Of a stretch of 64,000 bases of DNA, positions 9,023 to 17,940 are shown piece after piece. Within the stretch, counting starts at the first letter, position 1, and each line of letters starts with the position of its first letter. The DNA comes from Acidimicrobiia bacterium (GTDB lineage Bacteria; Actinomycetota; Acidimicrobiia; Spongiisociales; ZC4RG35). A program made the position numbers and the translations under genes. The DNA is taken from the NCBI GenBank assembly GCA_040880765.1, contig JBBDHT010000066.1, positions 4,513-68,512 on the forward strand. The letters run 5' to 3'. Under the pieces are notes generated by a model. It had not been told where the DNA came from, did not search any database, and saw only the letters and a list, made by a program, of their open reading frames with translations.

Positions 9023-9897
9023 AACACTATCTCGCCTACCTGGCCCTCCGGGTCGGGGTCGGCCTTGTTGGGCTCTTGCCTGCGAGGTGGGCACGTACGC
9101 TCGGGGAGTTCGGTGGCCGGATCTGGCACCGGTTCGCTGCCGGGCGCCGCGAGATGGCGCAACGTCACATGCGGCGGGTCCTCGGCCCCGACGCCGACGC
9201 CAAAGCAGCAGCGCGAAAGGTGATGGTCTCCTACGGTCGTTATTGGGCCGAGGCCTTGTGGGCGCGGCCGTCGCGCGTCCCGCAGATGATGGCAGGAACG
9301 ACGGTGGTGGGTCTGGAGAATCTCATCAACGCCCGGGAGCAGGGCAAAGGGATGATCTACGCGTTGCCTCACATGGGGAACTGGGAGGCCGCCGCCCCGG
9401 TTTCGGTCGACGTGGGAGTGCCGGTGGTGGCGGTCGCCGAGAAACTCGCCAACGAGCGGATAACCAACTGGTTCACCGCGATGCGGGCCGAGTTCGGCAT
9501 CGAAATCGTACTGGCTTCCGGCAGCGCCACCGTGATGCGCGCCCTCGAGGAAGGGTTGGCTGCAAACAAAGCTGTTGCGCTGCTCTCTGACCGGGACCTG
9601 AAGGGCAGGGGAGTGGAGGTGGAGTTCTTCGGGGAGAAGACAACGATGCCTCCCGGGCCGGCGACACTCGCCCTACGCACCGGTGCGCCGCTCTTCCCGG
9701 CGGGGTGTTACTTCACCGAGAACGGGCACCACATCGTTGTCAGAGACCGGCTCCCGATTCCGGAACAGGGAACGCGAACGGAGAAGATTCAGAAGATCAC
9801 CCAGGATCTTGCTTACCAGTTGGAGGAAGTGATCCGGGAGGCACCGATGCAATGGCACCTGGTCCAGCCGAACTGGCCGTCCGACCGGGAGAGCTGA
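9019..9897 (+). CDS. lysophospholipid/lipid A-type acyltransferase (LpxL/HtrB family; PIM acyltransferase-like)
   Basis: The C-terminal 292 codons of the 515-aa track ORF. GTG 9019 overlaps the pgsA stop (GTGA). Contains PHMGNWE (HX4E/D acyltransferase motif) and sits between pgsA1 and pimA as in M. tuberculosis Rv2612c-Rv2610c. Confidence 0.8.
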   Translation: MKHYLAYLALRVGVGLVGLLPARWARTLGEFGGRIWHRFAAGRREMAQRHMRRVLGPDADAKAAARKVMVSYGRYWAEALWARPSRVPQMMAGTTVVGLENLINAREQGKGMIYALPHMGNWEAAAPVSVDVGVPVVAVAEKLANERITNWFTAMRAEFGIEIVLASGSATVMRALEEGLAANKAVALLSDRDLKGRGVEVEFFGEKTTMPPGPATLALRTGAPLFPAGCYFTENGHHIVVRDRLPIPEQGTRTEKIQKITQDLAYQLEEVIREAPMQWHLVQPNWPSDRES

Positions 9898-10931
9898 TGA
9901 AAGTCGGCATCGTCTGCCCCTACGATCTCGACAAACCCGGTGGAGTCCAACAGCTTTGCCTCGAGCTTGGCGAGCGGCTCCGCGATGCCGGAGACGACGC
10001 GGTGGTCGTCGGCCCCGGGCGCAGTGAATCCGGCGACGGCACGGTTCGAGTCGGGAGCAGTGTCGGGATCAAGGCGAACCGGTCGGTAGCGCCGGTCACG
10101 CTTGCTCCCGGTGTTTGGGCCAGGGTGAAAGCCGCACTTTCCGATGTCGACGTGGTCCACATACATGAGCCTCTGGTGCCTTTAGTCGGGTGGGCGGCTC
10201 TGTCGATGAACAAGCCCGCAGTTGTCACGTTGCACGCCGACGCGCCGGGCTGGGTTGGTAAGGCATACCGCGTGTTCCCGGGCCGGGCCCTGAGACGGCC
10301 AGTTCTTACCGCGGTCAGTTCGGTGGCCTCCGGTTCTATCCCCTCCAGTTGGGGTGAGGTTCGGATCATCCCCAACGCCATCGATGTTGCGGCCTATCAG
10401 GTCGAAGTCGAGAGGGTTCCTGGCCGCATCGCTTTCCTGGGACGTGACGAGCCAAGAAAGGGCCTCGATATCGCCCTGGAGGCCTTTGTTCTGATCAGGT
10501 CCGAGCATCCCGGAGCCGAATTGGTGGTGATGGGTGCTGACCGAACCGGCCCGGTACCTCCCGGAGTCGAATTTCGAGGTTTTGTCCGGACTCCCGACAA
10601 GCACCGCATCCTCGCGTCGAGTTCTATCTATGTTGCACCCAACACGGGCGGGGAGAGTTTCGGGATCGTCCTCGCCGAAGCGATGGCCGCGGGGTGTGCA
10701 GTTGTCGCATCCGACCTCAGCGCATTCCGTGCCGTGGTCGGTGACGACGCGGTGCTTGTTCCGGTCGGAGACTCCAATGCGCTGGCTCGGGCAGTGAGCG
10801 AATTGCTGTCCGATCCGGCCAGGGTGGAACGTCTCGGAAACGCGGGCACAGCGCGGGTCGACCGCTTCGATTGGCCCCATGTGCTAGGTCAATACCGCCA
10901 GGCCTACGCCGACGCGATTGCTGACGGGTAG
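9897..10931 (+). CDS. pimA: GT4-family glycosyltransferase, PimA-like (PI alpha-mannosyltransferase)
   Basis: Starts [19 protein letters not shown], with ATG 9897 overlapping the upstream stop. Has the EX7E region [16 protein letters not shown]. Synteny supports the call. Confidence 0.8.
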   Translation: MKVGIVCPYDLDKPGGVQQLCLELGERLRDAGDDAVVVGPGRSESGDGTVRVGSSVGIKANRSVAPVTLAPGVWARVKAALSDVDVVHIHEPLVPLVGWAALSMNKPAVVTLHADAPGWVGKAYRVFPGRALRRPVLTAVSSVASGSIPSSWGEVRIIPNAIDVAAYQVEVERVPGRIAFLGRDEPRKGLDIALEAFVLIRSEHPGAELVVMGADRTGPVPPGVEFRGFVRTPDKHRILASSSIYVAPNTGGESFGIVLAEAMAAGCAVVASDLSAFRAVVGDDAVLVPVGDSNALARAVSELLSDPARVERLGNAGTARVDRFDWPHVLGQYRQAYADAIADG

Positions 10932-10975
10932 GTCGACTTTTGCCGGTACCATGGATGCTTCCCCAAGGAGCAGAA

Positions 10976-11857
10976 GTGGAACAAGGAACAACACGGGTAA
11001 AGAGAGGTCTCGCCGAGATGTTGAAGGGCGGGGTCATCATGGACGTCGTCAACGCCGACGAAGCCAAGATCGCCGAAGAGGCAGGTGCGGTTGCGGTGAT
11101 GGCCCTGGAACGGGTTCCTTCCGACATCCGTCGTGACGGCGGTGTCGCCAGGATGTCCGACCCTTCGATGATCGAGGAGATCAAGGCCGCTGTCACCATC
11201 CCGGTCATGGCCAAGTGTCGCATCGGCCACTTCGCCGAAGCTCTTGTCCTCCAGTCCCTCGAGATCGACTACATCGACGAGTCCGAGGTGCTGACACCCG
11301 CCGACGATGAGCACCATGTCGACAAGTGGGCCTTCACCACCCCATTCGTCTGTGGCGCCCGCAACCTGGGTGAGGCACTCCGCCGCATCGGCGAAGGTGC
11401 CGCCATGATCCGGACCAAAGGCGAGGCCGGCACCGGCAATGTCGTCGAGGCCGTCCGCCACATGCGGACCGTCACCAACGAGATCCGCTGGATTTCGACC
11501 ATGGATGCAGCCCAGTTGATGAGTGTTGCCCGCGACCTGGGCGCCCCTTACGACCTCGTGCGTGAAGTCGCCGAGACCGGGATGCTGCCGGTGGTCAACT
11601 TCGCAGCCGGAGGCATCGCCACCCCTGCAGACGCCGCCCTGATGATGGGACTCGGCGTCGACGGCGTCTTCGTCGGCTCCGGGATCTTCAAGAGCAACGA
11701 CCCCAAGGGCTACGCCCATGCGATTGTCGAGGCGACAACCTTCTGGAACGATCCCGAAGTGGTTGCGAAGGTCTCTCGCGGCCTTGGTGCCGCCATGCCC
11801 GGTATCGAGATCGAGACGTTGAGCGAATCCGAGCGTCTGGCCTCGCGAGGCTGGTGA
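10976..11857 (+). CDS. pdxS: pyridoxal 5'-phosphate synthase, lyase subunit PdxS
   Basis: [31 protein letters not shown]... is near-invariant PdxS sequence. Start refined to GTG 10976, 5 nt downstream of AAGGAG. Confidence 0.95.
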   Translation: MEQGTTRVKRGLAEMLKGGVIMDVVNADEAKIAEEAGAVAVMALERVPSDIRRDGGVARMSDPSMIEEIKAAVTIPVMAKCRIGHFAEALVLQSLEIDYIDESEVLTPADDEHHVDKWAFTTPFVCGARNLGEALRRIGEGAAMIRTKGEAGTGNVVEAVRHMRTVTNEIRWISTMDAAQLMSVARDLGAPYDLVREVAETGMLPVVNFAAGGIATPADAALMMGLGVDGVFVGSGIFKSNDPKGYAHAIVEATTFWNDPEVVAKVSRGLGAAMPGIEIETLSESERLASRGW

Positions 11858-11858
11858 G

Positions 11859-12422
11859 ATGACGACGGTCGGTGTCCTCGCCCTTCAGGGGGATTTCCGG
11901 GAGCACCTTGCCCTTCTGGGCGATCTCGGAGTCGACGCGACCCCGGTGAAGACCCCGGCTGGCATCGAGGCCGTCGACGCACTGGTCATTCCCGGCGGCG
12001 AGTCGACCACCATCGGCAAGATGTCGGTGCGCTTTGGGCTGATCGACCCGCTTCGTTCGGCAATCTCGGACGGGCTACCCACTTACGGCACCTGTGCCGG
12101 GCTAATCTTTCTCGCAGCCTCCCTGACTGACGGTGATCAGCCGCTACTAGGGGTCCTCGATGTAGTGGTCAAGAGGAACGCTTTCGGTCGCCAGAACGAC
12201 TCCTTCGAGGCGTCGCTCGACATCGACGGGCTCGATGAGCCGTTCCAGACGGTCTTCATCCGAGCACCGTGGGTTGAGAAGGTCGGTTCGAAGGTCGAAG
12301 TGCTGGCCACAGTGGCGGAGCACCCGGTGATGGTCCGCCAGGAAAAGATCATCGCCACATCGTTTCATCCCGAATTGACCGGTGACACCAGGATCCATCA
12401 GATGCTTCTGGATATGGTGTAG
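11859..12422 (+). CDS. pdxT: pyridoxal 5'-phosphate synthase, glutaminase subunit PdxT
   Basis: VGVLALQGDFREH, GTCAGLIFL (Cys nucleophile) and SFHPELT. Lies immediately after pdxS. Confidence 0.95.
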   Translation: MTTVGVLALQGDFREHLALLGDLGVDATPVKTPAGIEAVDALVIPGGESTTIGKMSVRFGLIDPLRSAISDGLPTYGTCAGLIFLAASLTDGDQPLLGVLDVVVKRNAFGRQNDSFEASLDIDGLDEPFQTVFIRAPWVEKVGSKVEVLATVAEHPVMVRQEKIIATSFHPELTGDTRIHQMLLDMV

Positions 12423-12425
12423 GCG

Positions 12426-13175
12426 ATGGCGGGTCATTCCAAGTGGGCGAACATCAAACACCGCAAAGGCCGCCAGGATGCTGCCCGAGGCAAGCTGTTC
12501 GGCAAACTGGCGAAAGCGATCGAAGTCGCAGCCCGTGACGGCGGGGGAGTCATCGAATTCAACCCGACTCTGGCCACCGCCGTGGAAAAGGCCAAAGGGG
12601 CGTCGATGCCCAACGACAACATCGAGCGCGCCATCAAAAGGGGCACCGGTGAGGTCGAGGGCGCGGTCTATGAGGAGATCTGGTACGAAGGCTACGGACC
12701 CGGAGGAGTGGCGCTGTATGTCCAGATTCTCACCGACAACCGCAACCGTGCCGCCTCCGACGTCCGTTCCACTTTCACCAGGAACAACGGAAACCTGGGC
12801 GAGCCGGGCTCGGTCGGCTATCTGTTCAGCCAGAAGGGGATGATCTTGGCGAGAGGCACCGAAGACGACGTGATGCTTCCTGCCCTCGACGCCGGTGCCG
12901 AAGACATCCGAGACGGCGGGGATGGCCTGGTCGAGGTGATCACCGAACCGTCCGATATGCCTGCAGTCCGCAAAGCGGTGGAGGAGGCTGGAGTCAAAGT
13001 TGAGTCGGCAGACGTCACCCAGATCCCGGCCACGACCGTCCCGGTGGAAGAATCCGATGCCCGCAAGATCCTGAGGCTGATCGATGCCCTCGACGACCTC
13101 GACGATGTCCAGGCCGTCTTCTCCAACTACGACATCGACGATGCCGTCATGGAGAAAGTCCTCTCGGACGCCTGA
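12426..13175 (+). CDS. yebC: YebC/PmpR family DNA-binding transcriptional regulator
   Basis: MAGHSKWANIKHRKGRQDAARGKLF is the invariant YebC N-terminus. Length is 249 aa. Confidence 0.95.
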   Translation: MAGHSKWANIKHRKGRQDAARGKLFGKLAKAIEVAARDGGGVIEFNPTLATAVEKAKGASMPNDNIERAIKRGTGEVEGAVYEEIWYEGYGPGGVALYVQILTDNRNRAASDVRSTFTRNNGNLGEPGSVGYLFSQKGMILARGTEDDVMLPALDAGAEDIRDGGDGLVEVITEPSDMPAVRKAVEEAGVKVESADVTQIPATTVPVEESDARKILRLIDALDDLDDVQAVFSNYDIDDAVMEKVLSDA

Positions 13176-13558
13176 TGGTCGAAAAGATACTGATCTCGTC
13201 TGGTTCACCGTTTGAACAGTCGGTCGGTTTCAGCCGGGCTGTCCGCGTCGAAAACAGAGTCCTTGTCGCCGGCACCGCCCCGATCTGGTCCGACGGCGGA
13301 GTCGACCCCGATCCCGGCGCCCAGGCCGCGCGCTGTCTCGAGATCATCGGTCAGGCCCTCGAAGACGCCGGTGCATCTTTCGAAGACGTGGTCCGCACCC
13401 GCACCTACCTCACCGACGCCGCCGACTGGGAAGCAGTTGCCGCCGAGCACGGCCGGATCTTTGGAGACATCCGCCCCGCGGCCACGATGGTCGTAGTGGT
13501 AGGGATGCTCGACCCCCGCTGGAAAGTAGAAATAGAAGCCGAAGCAGTAGTCGGCTGA
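13175..13558 (+). CDS. RidA/YjgF family protein
   Basis: 127 aa, with ..FEDVVRTRTYLTD.. and a C-terminal VEIEAEAVV typical of the YjgF/RidA fold. The ATG overlaps the yebC stop. Confidence 0.8.
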   Translation: MVEKILISSGSPFEQSVGFSRAVRVENRVLVAGTAPIWSDGGVDPDPGAQAARCLEIIGQALEDAGASFEDVVRTRTYLTDAADWEAVAAEHGRIFGDIRPAATMVVVVGMLDPRWKVEIEAEAVVG

Positions 13559-13700
13559 CACGGAGCTACCTCAACCCGCCACTCGGGGACCGCCGGCGAC
13601 ACCGCCATCTCTCCCACCAGAGCGAAGCGATGGGGGGAGTACCGGCGACGAAGGAGCCGGGGAGGGGGGCACGTACCCACCCACGCTGATTGAGCCGCGT

Positions 13701-14246
13701 CTACTCTCCCAGCTCGAACATCGCATTGATCTTTTCGACAGTGTTCCAGTTGCGTGATGTCGCTGGGGTACCCAACTGTCTCTCGTTCACGGCGTTGGTC
13801 AGCTTGGAGCGCCCCGACCCTTCCGGGTAATACACGAACAGCTCCCGCCCGACCAGCGTCATTTCCTCCGGCCCTTCGTGAGCCTCCTGCAGAGATTCGA
13901 AACCCACACTGTCAGGCTCGTCCCGACAGAACCCGACGTGGGCAAACCTTCCGTCGTCGAGCTGTTCAGCGGTGAACGGGTGGTTGGCGAGGGTTTCCCG
14001 GAACTCGTCGGCGGTCCTGGCGATCACCGTGCTGTGGAACCCGAACGTAGACTGGATGGTGGTCTCGACGATGTCGACCAATGCCGCCGTGTCGGCGTTG
14101 GATTCGACGACGACGTTCCCGCTCTGGAGGAGGGTCCGGGGATCGTCGAGTCCGGCGACGGTGAGGGCGTCCCTCAGGTCACCCATCTTCATCCGCTTGC
14201 TCCCCCCGACATTGATCCCTCGAAGAAGGACGACATAGCTAGTCAT
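13701..14246 (-). CDS. DUF1697 domain protein
   Basis: MTSYVVLLRGINVGGSKRMKMGDLR is the hallmark DUF1697 N-terminus. Start trimmed to ATG 14246. Confidence 0.75.
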   Translation of the reverse strand: MTSYVVLLRGINVGGSKRMKMGDLRDALTVAGLDDPRTLLQSGNVVVESNADTAALVDIVETTIQSTFGFHSTVIARTADEFRETLANHPFTAEQLDDGRFAHVGFCRDEPDSVGFESLQEAHEGPEEMTLVGRELFVYYPEGSGRSKLTNAVNERQLGTPATSRNWNTVEKINAMFELGE

Positions 14247-14319
14247 GCCCGTCGAAGGTAGTCGTGCCGGACCGGACCTGAGGGGCCACAGAAACATCCT
14301 CAAGTTCTAAGATTGCCTC

Positions 14320-14787
14320 GTGACGCCAAGGCGATCCGACTGGATGGTGCTGCTTGTCACCGCCGCGCTGGGTGCGTTGGTGGTATTCGTCATGGCCGCC
14401 GCTCAGCCCGATGTGGTAGAGGTCGGCGCCACGGTCGTCGCCGGTACCTCGAGTCCGATCGGAGGTGACCGTGCCGAGGTCGACATCACATGGTCGTCGC
14501 CGGATCAGCCGGTGAAAGTGACCGAGACGGTTGTCGTGCCCCGGTCAGAGATGGATGACGGCATCGTGTCGGTTTGGGTTGATAGCCGTGGTGAGTGGAG
14601 TCTCGTCGACCCGACCTACGAACCGTCGGCGGGTGACTACCTTCTCGCGGTCGGCATCGGGCTGCTATTCGGATTCGTGATGGTGATGACCATTCGCGGC
14701 TATGGCTACGTGCGGGGTGACGGTGAGCCCGGGTCGAAGCCGGAGTTCCCGGTGAGCGAGGATCGCGGCTTCTACTGGCGGACCTGA
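14320..14787 (+). CDS. hypothetical membrane protein (TM - soluble domain - TM; DUF3592-like topology)
   Basis: N-terminal TM WMVLLVTAALGALVVFVMAAA and C-terminal TM YLLAVGIGLLFGFVMVMTI flank a roughly 85-aa beta-rich segment. The family call is tentative. Confidence 0.45.
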   Translation: MTPRRSDWMVLLVTAALGALVVFVMAAAQPDVVEVGATVVAGTSSPIGGDRAEVDITWSSPDQPVKVTETVVVPRSEMDDGIVSVWVDSRGEWSLVDPTYEPSAGDYLLAVGIGLLFGFVMVMTIRGYGYVRGDGEPGSKPEFPVSEDRGFYWRT

Positions 14788-14816
14788 ATCAACGGGACGC
14801 TTCTAACATCGAGGCC

Positions 14817-15842
14817 GTGAAGAAGATCGGATTCCTGTCCTTCGGCCATTGGTCGGACTCCCCACATTCGATGGTCCGGACCGCCTCGGATGCTCTCATC
14901 CAGTCCATCGAGCTTGCAGAAGCGGCTGAGGAGCTCGGCGTCGACGGCGCGTACTACCGGGTCCACCACTTCGCCCAGCAGCTCGGCTCACCATTCCCCC
15001 TTCTTGCCGCAGTCGGTGCAAGGACCAGCAAGATCGAGATTGGCACTGCCGTGATCGACATGCGCTATGAGAACCCTCACTACATGGTCGAGGACTCAGG
15101 TGCCGCCGACATCATCGCCGGTGGTCGCCTCCAACTCGGGATCAGCCGAGGCTCGCCGGAGCAGGTGATCGACGGCTACCGCTACTTCGGTTACGACCCC
15201 GAAGAAGGGGAGACAGACGCCGACATGGCCCGACGTCACACCGAGGCCTATCTCATGCTTCTGGAGGGGCGGGGGTTCGCCAACCCCAATCCCCGGCCGA
15301 TGTTCCCCAACCCGCCGGGCTTGCTTCGCATCGAGCCTCACTCGCCCGGCCTGAGGGATCGGATCTGGTGGGGGTCGGGGTCTGACGACACCGCAGTCTG
15401 GGCGGCGGAGCTGGGGATGAACATGCAGACCTCGACGTTGAAGTTCGACGAAAGCGGGGAGCCGCTCCATATCCAGCAGAAGCGGCAGATCGATGTCTAC
15501 CGCGAGGCATGGGCGGCCGCCGGCCACGAACGGGAGCCGCGGGTGTCGGTGAGCCGGAGCATCTTCGCCCTGGTCGACGACCGCGACCGTGCCTATTTCG
15601 GGGGCGGTGGTCGCTCGGACAGCGACCAGATCGGGTATATCGACGAAAACACACGCGCCATCTTCGGGCGCTCCTATGCCGACGAGCCTGACGCCCTCGT
15701 CGACCAGCTCGCCCAAGACGAGGCGATCGCCGCTGCCGATACCCTCCTTCTCACCGTCCCCAACCAGCTCGGTGTCGACTACAACGCCCACGCCCTGGAG
15801 AGCATCCTCGAATACGTGGCCCCCGCCCTCGGCTGGCGATAG
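14817..15842 (+). CDS. LLM-class (luciferase-like) flavin-dependent oxidoreductase
   Basis: 341 aa, with MKKIGFLSFGHW..., RLQLGISRG and TIM-barrel LLM-like spacing. Assigned by overall pattern only. Confidence 0.8.
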   Translation: MKKIGFLSFGHWSDSPHSMVRTASDALIQSIELAEAAEELGVDGAYYRVHHFAQQLGSPFPLLAAVGARTSKIEIGTAVIDMRYENPHYMVEDSGAADIIAGGRLQLGISRGSPEQVIDGYRYFGYDPEEGETDADMARRHTEAYLMLLEGRGFANPNPRPMFPNPPGLLRIEPHSPGLRDRIWWGSGSDDTAVWAAELGMNMQTSTLKFDESGEPLHIQQKRQIDVYREAWAAAGHEREPRVSVSRSIFALVDDRDRAYFGGGGRSDSDQIGYIDENTRAIFGRSYADEPDALVDQLAQDEAIAAADTLLLTVPNQLGVDYNAHALESILEYVAPALGWR

Positions 15843-15850
15843 GGTTGTAA

Positions 15851-15873
15851 TTCTATATAGAAATCTATACACT
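15851..15873 (+). promoter_or_regulatory. AT-rich operator/promoter of the Phd-RelE-like module
   Basis: Perfect 12-bp palindrome TTCTATATAGAA (15851-15862) plus a third TCTATA copy (15864-15869). TANNNT hexamer TACACT (15868-15873) ends 6 nt before the antitoxin ATG and there is no SD, so a leaderless transcript is inferred. Confidence 0.4.
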
Positions 15874-15879
15874 TCTGGC

Positions 15880-16200
15880 ATGACCGTTCCTTCTTTTGAG
15901 CATGTTGTCTCGGTATCGACAGCCAGCAAACAAGGCATTTCGCGTATCGTCGCGGATGCGGAAAATGGGGCCAGTGTCGTCATCGAACGTCATGGCAAAC
16001 CTGCAGCTGTCGTGGTGGCGGCAAAGCGTATGGAGTTGATGTTGGAACAAGAGGAGAATCTCCGCCTGGCAGCGCTTGTTCTCGCACGGGCAGCAACCGA
16101 CGACGGACAACGCACCACTCTTGATGAGGCGATCGAGGCATTCGGGTATTCACGGGCCGAATTAGAGGCCGAGCTCGACAGTGAGTCGACAGCGATCTAG
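15880..16200 (+). CDS. type II antitoxin, Phd/YefM family
   Basis: The in-frame ATG 15880 inside a longer spurious ORF gives MTVPSFEHVVSVSTASKQGISRIVADAENGASVVIERHGKPAAVVVAAKRME. This fits the Phd/YefM pattern (..itrhGkpvAvlvs...). It lies directly upstream of a RelE-like gene. Confidence 0.8.
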   Translation: MTVPSFEHVVSVSTASKQGISRIVADAENGASVVIERHGKPAAVVVAAKRMELMLEQEENLRLAALVLARAATDDGQRTTLDEAIEAFGYSRAELEAELDSESTAI

Positions 16201-16211
16201 GCGGCCCCCCC

Positions 16212-16730
16212 ATGGCCTCGGTCCGAATTATCGCTGCAGCGCTCGAAGACCTGAGGCGCCTGGACCGGAAGGATCCTCAGATCGTCCGTCAAGTGCTCAA
16301 GAAGTGTTTGCTCCTGGAGCGCGATCCTCACGCCGGGCGTCCGCTCATGGGCGCCCTGGTCGGTTATCGCAAACTCGTTATCGCCAATCGCCACTGGCGC
16401 CTGGTTTGGCGGGTCCTGGAAGACGGTGGGGTTGAGATTGCCGAAGTCTGGGCGGCGGGCTCACGCGCCGACAACGAGATCTACGACGAAATCAAGCGGC
16501 GTGTCAGCGAGATTGGTGATCATCCGCTTTCCTACGCTCTAGATCAAATCGTCGAGTTGTTGGCCTCAAACTCCGGCATTGAGGCAAGCCCGGAGCCGGT
16601 GACCGATCCGATCCCACGTTGGCTTCGTGACCGCCTGGTATTCACTGCCGGAATACGCCCTGACCGGATTGATGGCATGACCGGCGAGGAGGCGATGGCG
16701 CTGTGGGAGAACTATCTCGCTGGTGGCTAG
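16212..16730 (+). CDS. RelE/ParE-superfamily toxin-like protein with a ~75-aa C-terminal extension
   Basis: Residues 1-97 align by eye to E. coli RelE: ALEDLRRL vs ALKEWRKL, WRLVWRV vs YRLVYQV, AGSRADNEIY vs VGKRERSEVY. The remaining roughly 75 aa (SEIGDHPLSY...GMTGEEAMALWENYLAGG) have no counterpart in 90-100-aa RelE/ParE toxins. Confidence 0.65.
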   Translation: MASVRIIAAALEDLRRLDRKDPQIVRQVLKKCLLLERDPHAGRPLMGALVGYRKLVIANRHWRLVWRVLEDGGVEIAEVWAAGSRADNEIYDEIKRRVSEIGDHPLSYALDQIVELLASNSGIEASPEPVTDPIPRWLRDRLVFTAGIRPDRIDGMTGEEAMALWENYLAGG

Positions 16731-16742
16731 GGACGAGGGGCC

Positions 16743-17162
16743 TCATGTCCAGGGGTTGATCACTTCTAGGTCGGGGAAGCGTCGGAAATCGGTCTCGTCT
16801 CGCGTCACCATCGTTAACCCGTGAACCAGGGCTGTAGCTCCGATGAGGGCATCGGCCAGGGGTGCCCGGTCAGGGACGTGGAACTGAGCCGCTGCGAGGG
16901 CGACTGACCCATCCACAGAAATCACTCGGCGATCGAAGCTCGCCCTGACGTCATCTTCGAGCCAAGCCCTCAGGATTGCCCCTTTGTCCGGGTCGGACCG
17001 CTCGGCCCGCAGGACTCCGGTCTCCAACTCGTGAAGCGAGATAGCGGAAAGGAATGTAGTTGAGGTAGGGGTTTGGCGGACCCATTCCACGACACCGCCG
17101 TTGGCTCTGCCGGTCTTCGCCTTTCGCAGTTCAGAGATGACGTTGGTGTCGAGCAGAAACAT
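16743..17162 (-). CDS. vapC: type II toxin VapC (PIN-domain ribonuclease)
   Basis: MFLLDTNVISELRK..., ..SLHELETG.. and ..TRDETDF give PIN acidic residues at the expected spacing. The ATG overlaps the vapB stop (TGATG). Confidence 0.9.
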   Translation of the reverse strand: MFLLDTNVISELRKAKTGRANGGVVEWVRQTPTSTTFLSAISLHELETGVLRAERSDPDKGAILRAWLEDDVRASFDRRVISVDGSVALAAAQFHVPDRAPLADALIGATALVHGLTMVTRDETDFRRFPDLEVINPWT

Positions 17163-17404
17163 CAATCGAAGGTGGCTGGCTCTGCGAGGTCTTCGAATTT
17201 CGGGATTTCGAAATCTATGTCGCCGACGCCCGGAGTTGCAGAAAGGAGTTCCACCAAAGACTTCCCGTCGTCGGACAACCTTGCGTAATCCTCGAACGTG
17301 AGCAAAACGTGAGCCGGCTTACCCCGGTCGGTGATATAGACAGGACCATCCTCGGCGGCCTTCTTGGCGCCACCGGTGTCCTGATTGAACTCTCTGCTGG
17401 TCAT
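17162..17404 (-). CDS. vapB: type II antitoxin VapB (Phd/YefM-type fold)
   Basis: MTSREFNQDTGGAKKAAEDGPVYITDRGKPAHVLLTFEDYARL. Start trimmed to ATG 17404. Translationally coupled to vapC. Confidence 0.8.
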   Translation of the reverse strand: MTSREFNQDTGGAKKAAEDGPVYITDRGKPAHVLLTFEDYARLSDDGKSLVELLSATPGVGDIDFEIPKFEDLAEPATFD

Positions 17405-17438
17405 AGTCCTTGCGATGAGCGTCTCCAGATTTGGCGAT

Positions 17439-17454
17439 GTAGCAATGTTACTAC
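17439..17454. promoter_or_regulatory. imperfect palindrome upstream of vapBC (candidate VapB operator)
   Basis: GTAGCAATGTTACTAC has 6 of 8 symmetric pairs. It lies 35-50 nt upstream of the vapB start in a locally AT-richer gap. Confidence 0.25.
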
Positions 17455-17735
17455 GCAATTTGAGATGTCGGCATCCTGTGCCACCGGCCGCCCAGTTCGC
17501 GGCGTGCCGCCGATTGGTTCCTCCCCAGGTTGAGAACCTGGCTCAATGTCGGATCCGGTTCCAATAGGTGAGACATCCCGAGCAACTGGTACTGGTCTGG
17601 GCTCGCGCGGTGTGTGGAGCCACAGAGGAAGCTCCAGTCCCCACCCTCCCTAGAAACCAACAGAACATCCTTGCCGCCGGGGTACACATCGCTACAGACG
17701 AATGAAAGGATGTGTGGCCATTTCTTCTCATGCAC
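17451..17735 (-). CDS. DUF2185/Imm33-like protein (polymorphic-toxin immunity family), orphan
   Basis: 94 aa from a GTG start. VSREGGDWSFLCGSTH...LLGMSHLLEPDPTLSQVLNLGRNQSAARRELGGRW resembles the DUF2185 pattern as I remember it (RE..DSGWxFxxGxE....vsL..ll..DPsl..lL.lp.G.af.R). Confidence 0.5.
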   Translation of the reverse strand: MHEKKWPHILSFVCSDVYPGGKDVLLVSREGGDWSFLCGSTHRASPDQYQLLGMSHLLEPDPTLSQVLNLGRNQSAARRELGGRWHRMPTSQIA

Positions 17736-17940
17736 CCATGATTTGGTGAAGCGACGCCCGAAGTCCAGACCCTTGCTTCCGGACCGCTGTTGGCATCAAC
17801 ACTGAAAACCCGTGACTCGCCGCAGAGAGCGTCTCATCTTGCTCGAAGTGTGCGATTCCAGAATGTCGTCGCGCAGGGCATCGATGCGCTCACGATCGAC
17901 CTTGTCATATGACTCATACTGGCCACCGCGAGGCGTTCTT

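Noticed and set aside
12147-13208. 353-aa minus-strand ORF. Similar long antisense ORFs occur at 10904-11719, 15096-15983, 18255-19109, 24538-25656, 34990-36003, 50641-51489 and 55474-56253.
   Set aside because: Each lies exactly antisense to a gene with strong family signatures (yebC, pdxS, LLM, AKR, tgt, alaS, carA, pyrD/pyrF). Their translations are Arg/Gly/Pro/Asp-rich low-information sequence of the kind high-GC DNA produces on the opposite strand. No motifs were recognised.
13559-13700. GC-rich 142-nt convergent intergenic region with two C-runs on the minus strand (CCCCCCTCCCC and CCCCCC), reminiscent of the actinobacterial 6C sRNA. Several short inverted repeats are present (CGCCGG/CCGGCG, CCATC/GATGG).
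   Set aside because: I could not fold the C-runs into hairpin loops, because their flanks are not complementary as 6C requires. The inverted repeats are more simply a bidirectional terminator-like structure between RidA and DUF1697. An Infernal scan with the Rfam 6C model (RF01066, accession from memory) would settle it.
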